Position numbers and translations under genes: made by a program
Notes under the pieces: model-generated
Database searches by the model: none
Told to the model about the DNA's origin: nothing
The model's input: the letters and a program-made list of their open reading frames with translations, nothing else
NCBI GenBank assembly: GCA_051294375.1
Contig: CM119266.1
Coordinates: 9,618,538-9,682,537 of the forward strand
Origin: Paraspadella gotoi
Lineage: Eukaryota > Animalia > Chaetognatha
Direction of reading: 5' to 3'
DNA: 64,000 nucleotides
Part shown: piece after piece, positions 47,633 to 61,826 of the stretch
Numbering within the stretch: the stretch's first letter is position 1
Layout of the letters: every line of letters begins with the position of its first letter

Positions 47633-48971
47633 TCATTGGATGATTTCATATTGTGCTCTTATGTTTTTCGCAAGGCAGCAACCAAGAATAATACCAAGAA
47701 TTTGACACACAGTAACAACAACAGCAGAAATTACCATGTTGAGCACATTTTCCTGAAATTTTTAAGTAATCGGATTAGTAAGGTCGAATAAGCCACTACG
47801 AATTTTATCTAAACCAAAACTAGTTATTGACCTGACTTTTAAAAAAAATTAAATGTTAAATTCTTTAAGTTACGTATGACAGTCAAAATGCTCAGCTGGA
47901 AAGCAAGAAACGGCCATTGTTGATCAATTAATATTTATAAAAAAATTAGTTATTTACCTCGAAAAGCTTTTGAACTGACGTGAGACACGGGAGTCTGAAT
48001 ATTTCCGAAGATTTACCAATATTTTTACCACAGTCAGCATCGTTTTGCTTTTTACAGCAACTTGGTGGAACAGTATTCTTCCCCAATACGGCAAACCAGT
48101 CGGTAAAATTTTGAGCTCCACAGCATTCGAATTGTGTCTAATGAAATGTTAGTGATCGGCGAATTAGAGCAACAACCATTATTAGCCAATAGCCAAGGTT
48201 GTTTTTTGAGAACTATGTAACGGACCTGAATGAAGTCCCATCCATGATGAATAGCCTTGTCTTTTTCGTACTTGTTTACTGAATCAGTTAAGCCTTTTTT
48301 GACGGTTTTTCCAATTTTTTCTCTGTAGTTTGTTACAATGTATTTTTAAAATGTTTTTAGGCAACCATCGTCTGATGGCTGAGGTAATTTTAGGTTACAA
48401 CTTACTTTAAAACTATTCCGGTCACTGCAACGCCGATTTCCAATACAAAAATTAATCCAATAAATACGGAAAATGTAATAAGCATGCAGTAATTTTCCTT
48501 AAGTGAAAATTTTTAAGTATATTGGAACGTCATATTTGTAATCTCGTAATTTATAAATGCTTACCCGAAGTGCTCCACAGCATCCGAAAAAAGCGACTAT
48601 TAATATTATTAATCCGATTCCCATAAGTACTATCGCTGGAGAGAGTTCCGTTTCACCTACGATATTGCAAAAAGTTATTAACAAATAGCCTTTTTAGGAG
48701 AGGTCAGATTTATCGATCATATATGGGCTAAACCTAAATATTATAAAAAATTCTGGGTTTTATATTCACTAATGCAATTTCTGAATATTCGGGGGGGGGA
48801 CTTACCTATAACATTAGCGATATCCTGAAACTTTGACTGTACGGCCGCCCCGGTTATAATCAATCCCAGTCCAATTAGAAAAAACAATAAGTTAAAACCG
48901 AAAAGCAAATATTTGATGCATTTCATTGCACCATGAACAGATACAAACTGTTGTCGCTCTTTGTACGTCAT
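47633..48971 (-). CDS. Tetraspanin (CD63-like), multi-exon
   Basis: MKCIKYLLFGFNLLFFLIG; IVAFFGCCGALR; CCG and PPSCC motifs in the large loop; C-terminal YEII (YxxPhi) sorting motif; TGA 47633-47635. Confidence 0.9.
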
Positions 48972-50633
48972 CGTGGTGTTTTGCAGGGTGGTCCTAATTT
49001 TTAATTAGTTATTAAAAGTTTTTTGTGTGAAACAAAAATAAAAAAAGAAAAACATTCTTACCGGAGTAGACTCCTTTCCGATCAGTTTTTGGGTTTGTTG
49101 ATCCGCCAACTTTAACCGTGCGCTTGATTTGTCACGTCATGACAAAACTGAATGGAAGTCATTCTTATGCCATTATACCTCCAGACTTGGTTACAAAATT
49201 TACGGTAAATTTTTTGACACACGTCATTATCGTCGAGTGACGAATTTACCTTGCTTCGATTCAACCAGAATTAATTTTAACTCGATAATTTTTGAATCTA
49301 CTCACCCGGATTTCTTTGTGAATCGTCACATATCACCGAACAATCGAAAAAAGATCGAAGTTGCTCGCTATTCAGGGTGAAAATAATGATTTCAGCTAAA
49401 TAAATATCGTCCTACTCGAGCTACTGACTGGAAATCAGGCAAATACGCTGCTATCAAACCGGTTTGAATCACCGTAACTCCAATTGTTCAATGCCCAACC
49501 TCCTGAGTCGCAGCTCAAGCGTTTGCAATGAGTTTGAAGGGCATATGTTTTTCTAAACAATTGGTTCGATTCCTTTACCTTTGTTTTTTTATTTTTATTA
49601 CTTGAACGTTGCAAAATAGAATGTTTTAAATGTGGGCTTTTTCTTTGTCGAAACTCGAAACATTTCTAAGTAGCACAGCAATAAATGTAAAAAAAATGCA
49701 ACTGGAGTCAAATAATGCATAAATCTGAAAAGCGAGTGTTTCAGTAACGATTCTGATGAAATTAGAGGGGTTATTAACCTTGTACGTTTAGAAATTGATT
49801 GAGGTTAAAGGTTAAATTATATACGTATCTTAAGAATTATTAACTTCATTACCACTCTGATAGTTTTATTCCTTATTTCGGCCAAATTCTATAAAACTTT
49901 ATTTTATTATAAGATTAAATTAAAATTAAAATATAAGAATATTAAGATATTTTTTTTTCTAATTTTACTGCATGAAATTTGTATATTCAATACAAAAAAT
50001 AGCATATTAGCAAACTTTCGCCGACCGGGTGAAGGGGGTTTAGAGTTAAAATTGATAAATTTTCAATAATTAATCATGGTTTGAAGATGCATGGTTCATC
50101 GTTCTACTTCCAATTTTCCCAGATTATTCCAAATCTGACTTGAACTGATGATGTTCATGAAGCTGAAAATTAAGGTAAACTAATATTTTTGAGGTAATAA
50201 ATACGTTTTTGTGGAAGAGTAAACGTCTGTGTAACTGTTGAAAACAAAAATAATAAAAAAAATTTTGACCATTTTTTGCCCCAATGGGTGACCTCCCGAG
50301 GGGCCCTTATCTCGAATAATATGAAGCCTTCTGTATTGTACTCTGCACTAGTTTCAAAATATAATTAGTTAAATTTTCTATATTTTTTGTCATTTTTTTT
50401 TCCGCTGTTGTCATTTTGTTGATTTTCCTCGCTGAATCGAACGCTGCCTCTCTTAAAGGTTCAGCATGTCCTTCGGCTCGTCCAATGGCCACTTCGTGCC
50501 TGATCTCTGCCGAACTTGTAGTACTTGAACCAACTTCTAAAAAAAAAAAAAAAGCTTCTAAAATATCTGACTCAGTATTTCGTTTGGTTTTTTTTTCTTC
50601 TCGGTTCCTTAATTCCTCTCTCTATTCGCGCAG

Positions 50634-52124
50634 ATGTCCGCGATCCCCGCAGAAATAATCAACTTGAACGTCGGGGGCCAGAGATTTTCTACGTCCAGAG
50701 AAACTTTATCCTGGTCCCCCGACTCGTTCTTCACGAGCTTGCTCTCCGGCAGAATCCCCATCCTGAAGGACGAAGGCGGCGCCATCTTCATCGATCGCGA
50801 CCCGAAACTCTTCGCCGTAATCCTCAACTTTCTGCGCACGAAGGAGATCGCCCCCGCGGGAGCCGATATCTCCGCCCTGCGACACGAAGCGGAATTCTAC
50901 GGGATCGCCTCTCTGGCCAAGCGACTCATTCTCTGCGAAGACCTCGATCACTCGGGATGCGGCGACGTTCTTTTCCACGGCTGCATCTCCCCGCCGATGG
51001 GCATCTTCGAGGACGCGAATCCCGGAGGATCGGTCGGAGGAGGAGAGCCCAGGATGATCGGTCATCCGGGGCTGATGACGACGCAGTCTTACCCCCGAAC
51101 CAACGAGAGCGAGATACAGGGCCATAGCAGGTTAGACCCGTGATTGGCGCGGCGCTCGAGGGTTGCGGTCGGTTAACGAATGTATCTTATTCTCGCAGGC
51201 ATTCGTCTTGGGACTTGAGATTCTCCTCCGGCCATCATCTCGCCAACTCTGATCATCATACTCGGCATTCCCGTCATTCCTCGGCCGAATACCGACAAAT
51301 CAAGACCGATCTGGGGTTCTGTCTCGGCATGCCCAGCGTTTTGCCGGATCCCGCCCAAGTGCACATCATTCAGGGTCATCACAACTGGATCGCCGTCGCC
51401 TACTCGCGCGTCATCTGCTGCTTCAAAGCCTCGGAGACGACCGGGTGGAGCCTGATTTTCACGTCGCCGCGAACCGAGGTCAACATCGAGAGGATCGCGC
51501 TCAACTCCAAAGTGTTGGGAACCAATCAGGAGATCAAAGAGAAACTGGTGGCGATTTCTCACGGAAGCTCGATCAGATTGTGGTGCATACAAGACACAGG
51601 GAATCACAACAGTTCCGAAATCGGCGTCTTCAATATGAAAGTTCACGTGGACGCGCTCTTCTTTATCGGGAGCCAGTTGGTTTCAACGAGCAGCAAGGGA
51701 AAGGTCGGAGTCTGGCACGCCATGACCCAGAATTTTCAGATACAGGTATCTTTTCCTTTAAAATTAATCTAATTTTTTATGCAAGACTGTTTTTAGCTAA
51801 AGCCCATGATGAATTGCCATATTTTGCATCTGTAACCAGGACGTTGCTCCAATAACGAGTTTCGACACTGCGGGGTCGTTTCTCTTGCTCGGCTGTAACA
51901 ACGGGTCCATCTATTACGTTGACATGCAAAAATTTCCCCTCAGAATGAAAGATAACGATCTGTTAGTAACCGAGTTATACAAGGTAAGTTAAGTTTTTCC
52001 GGTTATTTAAATAGTCTTTGTGGGATATACAAGTACATTTATTATTTGTAAAAATTTCAATTCACATCGCGGAATCATTTTTCAAGGCAGTTCAGTTACA
52101 AATGATTTAGATAAAAAATCAAAG

Positions 52125-52175
<51 letters not shown>

Positions 52176-53616
52176 GGGGGGGCTGATTTTTAATCAGGTC
52201 ATAATGCTTGAACAGAGAAAGGCCGAAGCCCTCCCCCCCTTTGCACCTGCACATCAATATTTTTTAAAATTTTTTATTTTAAAGAGGTTTAGATAAGTTA
52301 TTTAGCAGGGGAATCCAAGCGTTTGTCTTGACAAAGACTCTCTATTTAAATATTAATTAACCTGTTCATGCGATGTCCTTACAACAAATTTTATTGTTAT
52401 TGTTGTGAACGGGGCGAAATTGATTCGAGAAAACTCTTGTTTACGAAATAAGGATCCAAACGGAGACGCCATTACGGCTTTAAGCGTTTACTTGACGCCA
52501 AAGACGAGTTTGAGCGGAAACTGGATTGAGATCGCCTATGGAACAAGCGCCGGGACCGTAAGAGTCATTGTTCAACATCCAGAAACCGTCGGTCATGGAC
52601 CCCAACTTTTTCAGGTATCAGCGTTTAAATTGCTTTTTATTCTTGAATCCTCTTTAAGTGAGATTTTCTTGGTCAGACATTTACAGTTCACCAAAGTCCC
52701 GTAACGAGGGTGATGCTCTCTGAGAAACACCTCGTATCCGTCTGCTCCGAATACAACCATGTTCGTACCTGGTCGGTAACTCGATTCCGGGGAATGATAT
52801 CGACGCAGCCAGGATCAACGCCGTTAGCCTCTTTCAAAATAATTACGCTCGAAGACACCGAGCCTTACATATCGTATTTCGCAGGTGTGTTTGTTGGAGT
52901 AGTTACTCAAGAATATTTATTCTGTTTGTATAGGAGTGGGACTCATTTAGTATAGTTCTAAGAACCAATCGCTTACATTTGTAATAAAATACAAGAGAGA
53001 AAACAAAATCCACCCAGGAAACGATTACGGTCCCTACGGTGAAAGGGACGACACCCAAGTCTTCATCCAAAAGGTGGTGCCCGACACTTGCCAAGTTTTC
53101 GTGCGACTCAGCTCCAACGGGCAACGAATTTGTTCGATTCGCGCCGTCGACGGAAGCAGCATCACTGCCTTCACCGTTCACGAGTACGAAGGAACGTCCC
53201 GCATGAGTTCGCGGCCGCGACGGTTTCTCTTCACGGGCCACTCCAACGGATCGATCCAAATCTGGGACCTGACGACGGCCATGGAAGTGTTTCGCTCGAA
53301 GACGGACGCGCGTGTCTTGGAGGACGATTGTAGTTTCGGGGGACCCACGCCGAAAGAACTCTTGCGGCTGTTGGATCAGTGCGATCTCAGTTTTTCCTCC
53401 GCTCCGACGCCCAACGTTTCCCCGTCGCCGAGTTTGTTGACGGGGTTGGCCCCGTTGCAACCCGCCCTCACTTCAAATGGCAGTTTGGGTAGACTGAAGG
53501 CCTCGTCCAATATGGCGCTGTTCAACAGCAGCAACCTTTCATTGGATGCGGGAAACGGAGATGCGGGGAACAACGCTCAAGCGAACGCCCAACGCTTGCC
53601 GCTTCCGCAGATCTGA
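50634..53616 (+). CDS. KCTD3: BTB/POZ + WD40 protein of the KCTD3/SHKBP1 family, multi-exon
   Basis: [18 protein letters not shown]...FIDRDP...[10 protein letters not shown]; [10 protein letters not shown]; [20 protein letters not shown]; [11 protein letters not shown]; [20 protein letters not shown]. Confidence 0.93.
52127..52171. repeat. (AG)n microsatellite, about 22 units, in a KCTD3 intron
   Basis: Perfect AG dinucleotide run. Confidence 0.97.
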
Positions 53617-54246
53617 ATAAATTGTGCCTTGGTGAATGGTGATTGTTTTGATTCTGTTATGCATGCTTGGGATTTGATATTCTAACCTGTTCTAAAAATG
53701 GGTTATGAAGTTGCTCCTTATATGGTATTCGAATATCCACAAAGAATTAATATTTTGATGTACTCGCGATGATAAATGTAGTGGTAAATATCACCACCTT
53801 CCAGCCATTTTCATACCATGTCGATACCCCTATATACGTTTTATTTTGTTATGTTTATATTGAGGGTCGAGGAAGAATTTTTCTAGTCATAGTAAATAGT
53901 GGAGCCATGTAGCTATAATGCCATTATTTGATCACCAACTGATTTCCCGACCCATTTTCCGGAGTGAACTCGAGTTTCTTATTTCCGAGGTTCAAGGGGG
54001 GGGTCCTTTTCTCATTGAGATTAATTGCGGATGGTCTGCAATAGATGCTGGTCTATTTATAACGTGTTGTATGTGCCTTGCCCCTTTATTTAAAAACCTT
54101 TTTTTAGTTGTTTAGTTTAAGTTAATACGTTTTAAATAAGTTACTTAAAAATTCTAAAATTCACATTAAAATTAATCGTATTAAAATACCTTATTCATCC
54201 GGTTTTCTTGCTCATGTTTTTGAAATGTTTTTAGATTGAAAAAAAG

Positions 54247-55190
54247 ATGCTGTTGTCGACTTCGGCGCGATTCATGCGTTCGGCTTCCCAGGGATACGTC
54301 TCCCTGTTGAGTAGGTCGGTCAACGATGTAAACGGGCATCGAGGAAAGCATTCCCTTCCAGACTTACCTTACGATTACAATGCCCTGGAGCCGACGATTT
54401 CGGCCGATATCATGAAGCTTCATCATGGGTGCGTCGCATTGAAAACGAAAACATTTATTTGTTAATAAAAGTAGTCGTGATCGTTTTTAACTTGGCAGCA
54501 AGCATCACGCCACTTACGTTACCAATTTGAACGTGGCGGAGGAGAAATGCGCAGAAGCTGTTGCCAAGGGCGACGTTTCTACCGTCATTAGTCTCGCTCC
54601 GGCGATAAAGTTTAACGGAGGCGGTCATTTGAACCACAGGTATTTTATTCGGTTTTTGAAACTATCGTCGAAAAAATAACTAACTATAAAAGCTAAGAGT
54701 AAGAAAAATGTTGTTTTCTTAAAGCATTTTTTGGCAAAACCTGTCACCAAAAGGCGGCGGTGACCCGCCCGCCGAGCTTTTGAACGCCATCAAAAAGGAT
54801 TTCGGTTCGTTAGATAACATGAAGAACCAATTGAGCGCCGCGACTGTCGCCGTTCAAGGGTCCGGGTGGGGATGGCTCGGCTGGAATAAGGGCGCGAAAC
54901 AGTTGCAGATAGCAACCTGCGCCAACCAAGATCCTCTCGGTAAAATATATTATTATTGCTAATTGTCACAAAAAACTTGAATGTCGCATTCGATAGTGTT
55001 AATAATTTCTTTAACCCCAACTTTGTTAACAGAAGCCACAACCGGACTCATTCCGCTATTCGGAATCGACGTGTGGGAGCATGCGTACTACTTGCAGTAC
55101 AAAAACGTTCGGCCCGACTATGTTAAAGCTATTTGGAACGTGGTCAATTGGCAGGACGTTACGTCCAGATTTAATAAAGCGAAATGTTAA
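54247..55190 (+). CDS. SOD2: Mitochondrial Mn superoxide dismutase, 4 exons
   Basis: Transit peptide, [56 protein letters not shown]. Confidence 0.97.
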
Positions 55191-55559
55191 TAAAACTTTT
55201 AATAAGAGCGTTTTTAATTTTTAATTTTCAACTGTTCTTTAATCATACGACGCTGACATGTCATGAAACGAATTGTGTTCTGTGATAGTGATTCTTTTAT
55301 TATTAGTTTTTTTGTTTCCTTCAGGTTGCAGATTTTGTTCACCAGGGTCACTTTTTAGGATTTTAGAGGGTTAATATAGGCTATAGAGATCTATCCGTTT
55401 CCTTCAACAAAGCAAATTATAGCCTAAGACCCTGTATTAGGACTATTGTGGGATATACAAGTTAAAGCAGTATATCTAGGACTTTTTAGGATTTGTGAAG
55501 CAAAAAAGATATTACTACCTTTTCTTTTTTGTTGGATTTTGTTGCACTGTGTCACAGCC

Positions 55560-57359
55560 ATGACAACTCAAACTACCCTACCTTCCAATGGCCTTGAAAC
55601 GAAACAAATTAAGACTAAAGGTAAATCGAGTTATGAGTTTAATATTTTTTTTTCTCTTGTGGATACATCTTTTCTTTTCAGACACCATAAATGCCTCAAA
55701 GAACGAAAATGACGACCGTAAGTTGTTTGTTGGTAACCTTAGTTGGGAGACGACAGTCGATGAGTTAAAAGAATATTTTATGAAGTAAGTTAACTTAGGT
55801 ATTGGTACGTTTGCATTGTGCTTTCCATAACGTCATTTTTTTGGTTTATTTCAGCTTTGGAGAAATTAAGGACGCAACGATAAAGGTATTTAATCAAGGA
55901 TCAATCTATACCAAGCGGTGCTCAACTCTCGCTACCCTTTCCCTACCGCATAGGTTGACGTTATAGGCCGATCGAGGGGTTTCGGTTTCGTTCTGTTCGA
56001 GGACGTGAGCAGCGTGGAAAAGACCCTCAAAGAGTCCAATCACGTCCTCAACGAGCGAAAGATCGAACCCAAGCCCGCCACCGCCAAGGAGAGGGTCAAG
56101 AAGGTCTTTGTAGGGGGCGTCAGCCCCGACCTTCCCGAAGAAGACATTAGGTACAAGATATTTTATTTGCAGGAATAAGTTTGATTTGTTTGTGACAACG
56201 ATTTGTTTTATTTCAGTTTAGAAACGGACATGTTTCGGCTTTGAATACAAGCCTTCATCAGCGTTGACAGATTTGCGAATTATATTTCAAATTTGTGCAT
56301 AAAGAAGACAGAGAGAGATAAAGAGACAAAGGGCAAAGTTTTCCAACACAGATTTGAGAAAGGACAGTGGTCAATGTTGAGGACAGATTTAAGTTGTGAA
56401 CGGAATAGAATTAGTTTGTGAAGGAATATTGAAATGGTGATAGTGAAAAGAGATATTTTATATAAAATAAGATATTTTATAAAATTTTCTATGGCGGTCT
56501 TGCTTTTCTCTCATCGTTTAAATTTCTTTGTTTCGTACAAATTATTTTCCCTCTCACTTCCAGGAAACATTTCGAACAATATGGAGAAATTGAAGAAATC
56601 GCGTTTCCCATCAACAAGGAAAAGAAAGTTAGAAAAGGATTTTGTTTTGTTACTTTTAAAGACGCCAACGCCTGCGAGGCGGCCACGGTCAAGGGCAAGG
56701 AGAAGCAGGAGTTGGGTGGGAAAAAGGTAACTCTTTACTTGAACCCTGTTGCTTTCAACTCATCGATCTTTTTTGTCCTTTTCACCTCAATTATCATCAT
56801 CATCATCGATCATTATCGTAAGGTCGACGTGAAAAAGGCTGTGCCGCAAGAGGTGTATCAAGAATGGAACATGATGTACCAACCTTATATTCCGCATTAT
56901 GCGTCCTCTTCACCTCGAGGTTGCTTGCGAAGTTGTTGCGTGATAGAGGGGGTTGGGGGGGCACCTGGTCTTGGAGTGACGTCTCTTTCTCCCCTTAGGT
57001 CGAGGAATGGGTAATCGGGGTGTGTACGTCAATCGCGGCATGAACAACCGCGGTTTCCTGCGTGGCGGAGGAAGAGGAATGTCCGCGGGTTACCCCAACG
57101 GGTACGCGGGTCCAGGTTACGAGATGTATGGCGGCTACGATTACAGCATGGATTATTACGATTATGGATACAACGGTTATCCTGACTACGGATTCCAGGT
57201 ACAGATTTTCCTTTTTTTTTTTTTTTTTTTTTGCTTTTCCATTCGTGACGCAGAAATTGCTTTGGTTTTCAGGGTGGCTACGGTAGTTATGGTTACGCAG
57301 TGCCGAATGGTGGAAAATTTGGTGGTGGTCGTGGAGGTGGACGAGGCCGTGGGCGTTAA
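55560..57359 (+). CDS. hnRNP D/AB (squid-like) protein: two RRMs and a Gly/Tyr/RGG tail, multi-exon
   Basis: [63 protein letters not shown] repeats; TAA 57357-57359. Confidence 0.9.
56223..56265 (-). ncRNA. Minimal type I hammerhead ribozyme (Penelope-like element/retrozyme type), antisense in an hnRNP intron
   Basis: Minus strand: AACG-CTGATGA-A-GGCTT-gtattca-AAGCC-GAAA-CATG-TC-CGTT. Complete catalytic core, 4-bp stem I, 5-bp stem II, palindromic stem-loop III, GUC cleavage triplet. Confidence 0.85.
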
Positions 57360-59007
57360 CCTATCGTTCCGACTTAAGCGCTGGCGTAGTGGCCTTTCTT
57401 TCTTGTTTACTGAAAAAAAAATGTTTCCCCCTATTAAATTTAACGTATTTGAAATCAAAGTGGTTGAATTAAATGATATGGCACCCCTCATGGGGTGCCT
57501 TTGAGAGCGATATCACTCTAAAAATAATATGATAATATTAATAATAATAATAATACGTATAGTGAAGTGAAAACGGTACTGTGTTATGAATATAAAGTAG
57601 AAACGCTTTTGTGAAACCACATACAGTACTTTTATGCGAAATGTAAAAGTTCACATATTGACGCATGGCGTTACGAATTAGTAAAGTGATCAAGTTTTAA
57701 ATCGGAGATAATTAAGTGAACGTTTTGAATTCGTGTCAGTTTTAAATTTTATTTTTAATTATTTTCTCCCTTCGTAAAGTTTTGTTTCGTCTCGTGGTCA
57801 CTTTATCCTTTCAGCATAGATCCGCTATTTTTGAATGTTTTCAAAGTAAGTAAGCTTCTAACCGCATTTATCGAAAAACCTAGAAATATTTTTTTTCTTA
57901 AACGTGAAATGTTTTGCTACGCCGTGAACTTGTCGTCTTCCCGTCGTAAAATTAAGTACGTAAACTTTCCTGTTTGGTTTGAATGGAATATCTCCTAAAA
58001 ATGTAAGGATCGTTATTTATCTTCATAGTTGTCATAGGATCGTTTCTAAAAAGGAGAAATCCTCATTTTTTCTTTTATTTTTTCGCTATTTGTGGTACAG
58101 GCAATCCACATTTAAATTTTCAATTCTAGTTTTTTTCATACGGCTTAGATTTTTAAAATAATTAATAATTTCGTCAAGTTGTCTCCATTACACAATTGCC
58201 ATTGACTGGGCTTTGATCACTCGCTGCACTCACCATCTTAACTTCCACCGTTGACCACGAAGTCTCGGATAGCAGAGTTAGATGCTACGTCTAACTGGCT
58301 TCCGCCGATTTCGTTTTTGTTAGCGATTACCTTTTTAAAAGGAAAAGCCTTGCTCATAAGGCTTCTGCTCTTTGATGCCTCACTCGCCCATTTTTTCCTC
58401 ACTTATAATTCCAACTTTAGGGTAGTATTGGTTTTTCTCTCTCTTTAAACATACATAACGTAATAATATTTATGTGGCAAGTTGGAATTATTTCACACGT
58501 GTCTTGAAATCGAGTTATTTGTGCTCTTTTATTGTTCTATTCTTTATATTTTATAGTGCTTTTTTCCTCTACAAGTTATTTTTCTAGCTAGGGATTACAT
58601 CGATGCCATCTCTCCGAATTTAGAAAAATTGATATGGAATTGGTTTTGTCAGTTATTTTTAAAGCCAATTTTAATTATCAATTTTATCGAGGATGATTCT
58701 CCCGATATAATATAAGCTTATTTGTTACATGTATTATTTTTCAACTTATCAGATGTAATATTAGGAAGTTTTGAAGTGTTGTATTTTCGTAACGCAGATC
58801 CAGACGGGACTCTGTTATCACAAATCCGTAATCAGTCAGCAAGAATATTTATTTGGGTATCAACCAATATTAATTTTTTGAAAGAAAAAAAAATCCAAAA
58901 GGCCATTAGAGTTAATTGGTGTCCTGTGTTACGCTTTTTCTTTAATAAAGGTTTAGTCTCCCCTTCCAGAATATAAAAAAAAAAAAAGACAAAGCCTTGC
59001 CGTTATT

Positions 59008-61364
59008 ATGACTTCGCTGAGCAGTTCTTACAACATCAACTCTGACGATTGGCGCAGGTTAGCCGAAAGCAAATTCGTCCAGCCTCTGCAGCCGAGGCAC
59101 CGCTGCGTCCTCTGCGAGAAACTGCTCAAGGAGCCGCTGCAGCTTTCCTGCGGCGATCTCTTTTGTCGACTGTGCGTCGAGCCGCACCTTACCACCGACG
59201 CGGAACTACGATGCCCCGGCTGCGACGAACCCCTGGAAGAGAACTGTCCCGCCTTTCCCGACAACAGCGCCAAGAAAGAGATTCTCACCAAGTTGAAGGC
59301 CTATTGCCAGAATCAAGAATACGGATGCGAGGAGACGCTGAGCTTGCGCGACAAGGCGCTGCACGAGGAAATATGCCCCTTCACCCCCAAACAATGCAGC
59401 TTCAAAGAGTACGGGTGCGACTTCGTCGCCCCGAAACCTGAGCTCAAGAATCACCACGACAACTGCGACTTTCGGCCCGCCTCTTGCCAGCACTGCGGCA
59501 CCGTGGTCGCCCGTTTCGCATTGCAGCGCCACGTGGAGGAAGAGTGCACCGAGTCCGTCGCCCCCTGCCCCTTCGAATGCGGCAGGACGAACTTGAACAG
59601 GGAGGAGATGAACGAACACATGCGCCTTTGCGATCTCAGAATCGTCAGCTGCCCCTTCAGAGAAGATGGCTGTACCTTCGAGGTGAGAGAGAATGAGAGT
59701 TAGTCAGGGAGTGTGATAGAGGGAGGATAAGTGATAGTGAGTGAGAGAAAGTGAAACATAGTGAGAGGTTATTACGTTATTATTTGTCTATCATTCCGAT
59801 ATTTCTCGTCACTCCGACTCAGGGAACAATGGATAAGGTGAAAGAGCATAAGGCAGCGGCTGTGATCCTTCATTTGGACTCCAATCACGAATCCCTTCTG
59901 GCCTCGCGAGCGATTTCGAACGTGAACACGGAAGAGATCGAAAAACTGCGGAAAATCAACGAGGACGTCTTGAGGCAAATGGAGCTGGAGCGGAAGGAAA
60001 GGAAAGAAGCTTTCGATGAATTGAAAAATCAGTTTTCCGGTGAGAGGAAGTTTCTCGTTTTGTGGGAGGGTAGGAGCTTTGGACTAAAGAGGCCCGATTC
60101 ATTCACGCTTCAGCCTTGTTGGAGAAAATGAATTTCGTGGAAAACGAAGTTTACCGCATGACCTCCGTCACCGAGGCTCCGTCGCCGCAAAGGGAAGAGA
60201 ACGCTCTCCAGCGAAGTTCCCCTCCCACGACGGAAGATACTCACAATTCGGAATCAACGAATCGACCCAAAAACGTACGGAGAGATGCTCTCTTCCCATC
60301 GCGGTGTCAGATCGTGTTACATGTTTCTCTTTCCCCCGATACAGATGGAACTGGCAAAGTTGGAGGCGGAAATGAAAAAGTTGTCAAAGAAGTTGAACGA
60401 GATGGAGTTGAGCCAGCTCAGTAGCAACCGAAGTTTTTCGCGTCTTCGCGGATCCGATATGTCGTTGTCCGCGACGTCTTCCAAATCTGAACCCACCGGA
60501 GTGGATAGGAAGCTCTCACTGCACGATCAATGGCTCAAAGATTTAGATTTGCGATTGCAAATCAGCGATACGGCTAACTACGATGGAACTCTCATTTGGA
60601 AAATCACGGAATACACGAGAAGGTGACGTTGCGATGTATTCCGTGCCGTGAATTCGATTTATCTAATTTTTTAATTTTCTTTTTTTTTTTTAAGGAAACG
60701 AAATAGCTCGAACGGGAATGCTTTGTCGTTGTACAGTCAGCCGTTTTACACTTCAAAATACGGATACAAGATGTGTTGTCGAGTTTACTTAAATGGCGAC
60801 GGATTGGGTGAGGACTTGAAAATACTGATTGGCTACAGAGGATATTTTTTAAATATTTTTTTAATTTTTACAGGGAAAAATACTCATATGTCGTTATTCT
60901 TCAGCATAATGAAAGGGGAGTACGACAACTTGCTAAGATGGCCGTTCCGGTAAAAAAATGTTTCTGTAGCTTGATGTGGTTTTTGTTGTTTACTTTTTTC
61001 TTTACTTTAAATAATTAATTATTTTTTCAGTCAAAAAGTAACACTCATGCTGCTTGACCAAGGCGATTCAAAAGGAATTCCTGGCGTGAAACATTTGGTG
61101 ATATTACATTTTGAAATTTATCAATTGGTCGATTTGAGCAAATTTAATTCGCAAAATCCTAAACAACATCTTGAATTGTATCAGGTGGATTCTTTCCGGC
61201 CGGATCCGAAAAGCAATTCTTTTCAAAGGCCAACTGGCGAAATGAATATCGCTAGTGGTTGCCCGCTGTTTGTACAGCAGAAAACTGTCGAAGAAAGCTC
61301 TTTATACAAGAAAGAAGATACAATTTTCATAAAATGCGTGGTCGACACAAGCGATCTACATTGA
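59008..61364 (+). CDS. TNF receptor-associated factor (TRAF2/3-like): RING, TRAF zinc fingers, coiled coil, MATH
   Basis: CVLC...CGDLFCRLC...CPGC RING; repeated H-x3-C zinc fingers; YDGTLIWKI, SLYSQPFYTSKYGYKMCCRVYLNGDG, FRPDPKSNSFQRPTGEMNIASGCPLF. Confidence 0.93.
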
Positions 61365-61826
61365 ATATTGCTAAATCCCCTCCGCCTTATTGTTTCATTC
61401 CTGTTTTTTATGCAAAAAAAAAATCACTTTTTATTGTGTAAATTTAATCACTAGTCATCGGTTGCGCAATTTGCCAGTAACGTTAAATCTTTTCAGAAAC
61501 CCGAGTAATTGATGATTTTTGAAGACGAATTTGGCTTTCAAAATGGCAATTAGATAATAGATTTAGGTAGCTATAAAACTGTAGTTCGTAAGTTCTTTTT
61601 CATATACTAAATCTTATTTATCTCGTATTGGTCTTGAATTAAATCATTCTTTCGTTAACGTTTCGTGCATCCACTCTCAATTCTTTCTAACGAATTTGTT
61701 TCTTAAGCACTCGTCGCCAATTTCATGACTTTCCTTGACGTTTATTTCCTAATCGCGTTTTTAAAAAAAGATAACATGAGTTACTAAAAGCCCAGGAGGC
61801 AAAGTCATACTACAAAATACTAAACG

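Noticed and set aside
52172-52250. G-run and C-run flanking sequence next to the AG microsatellite
   Set aside because: Could be a small DNA-element remnant, but too short and degenerate to define ends.
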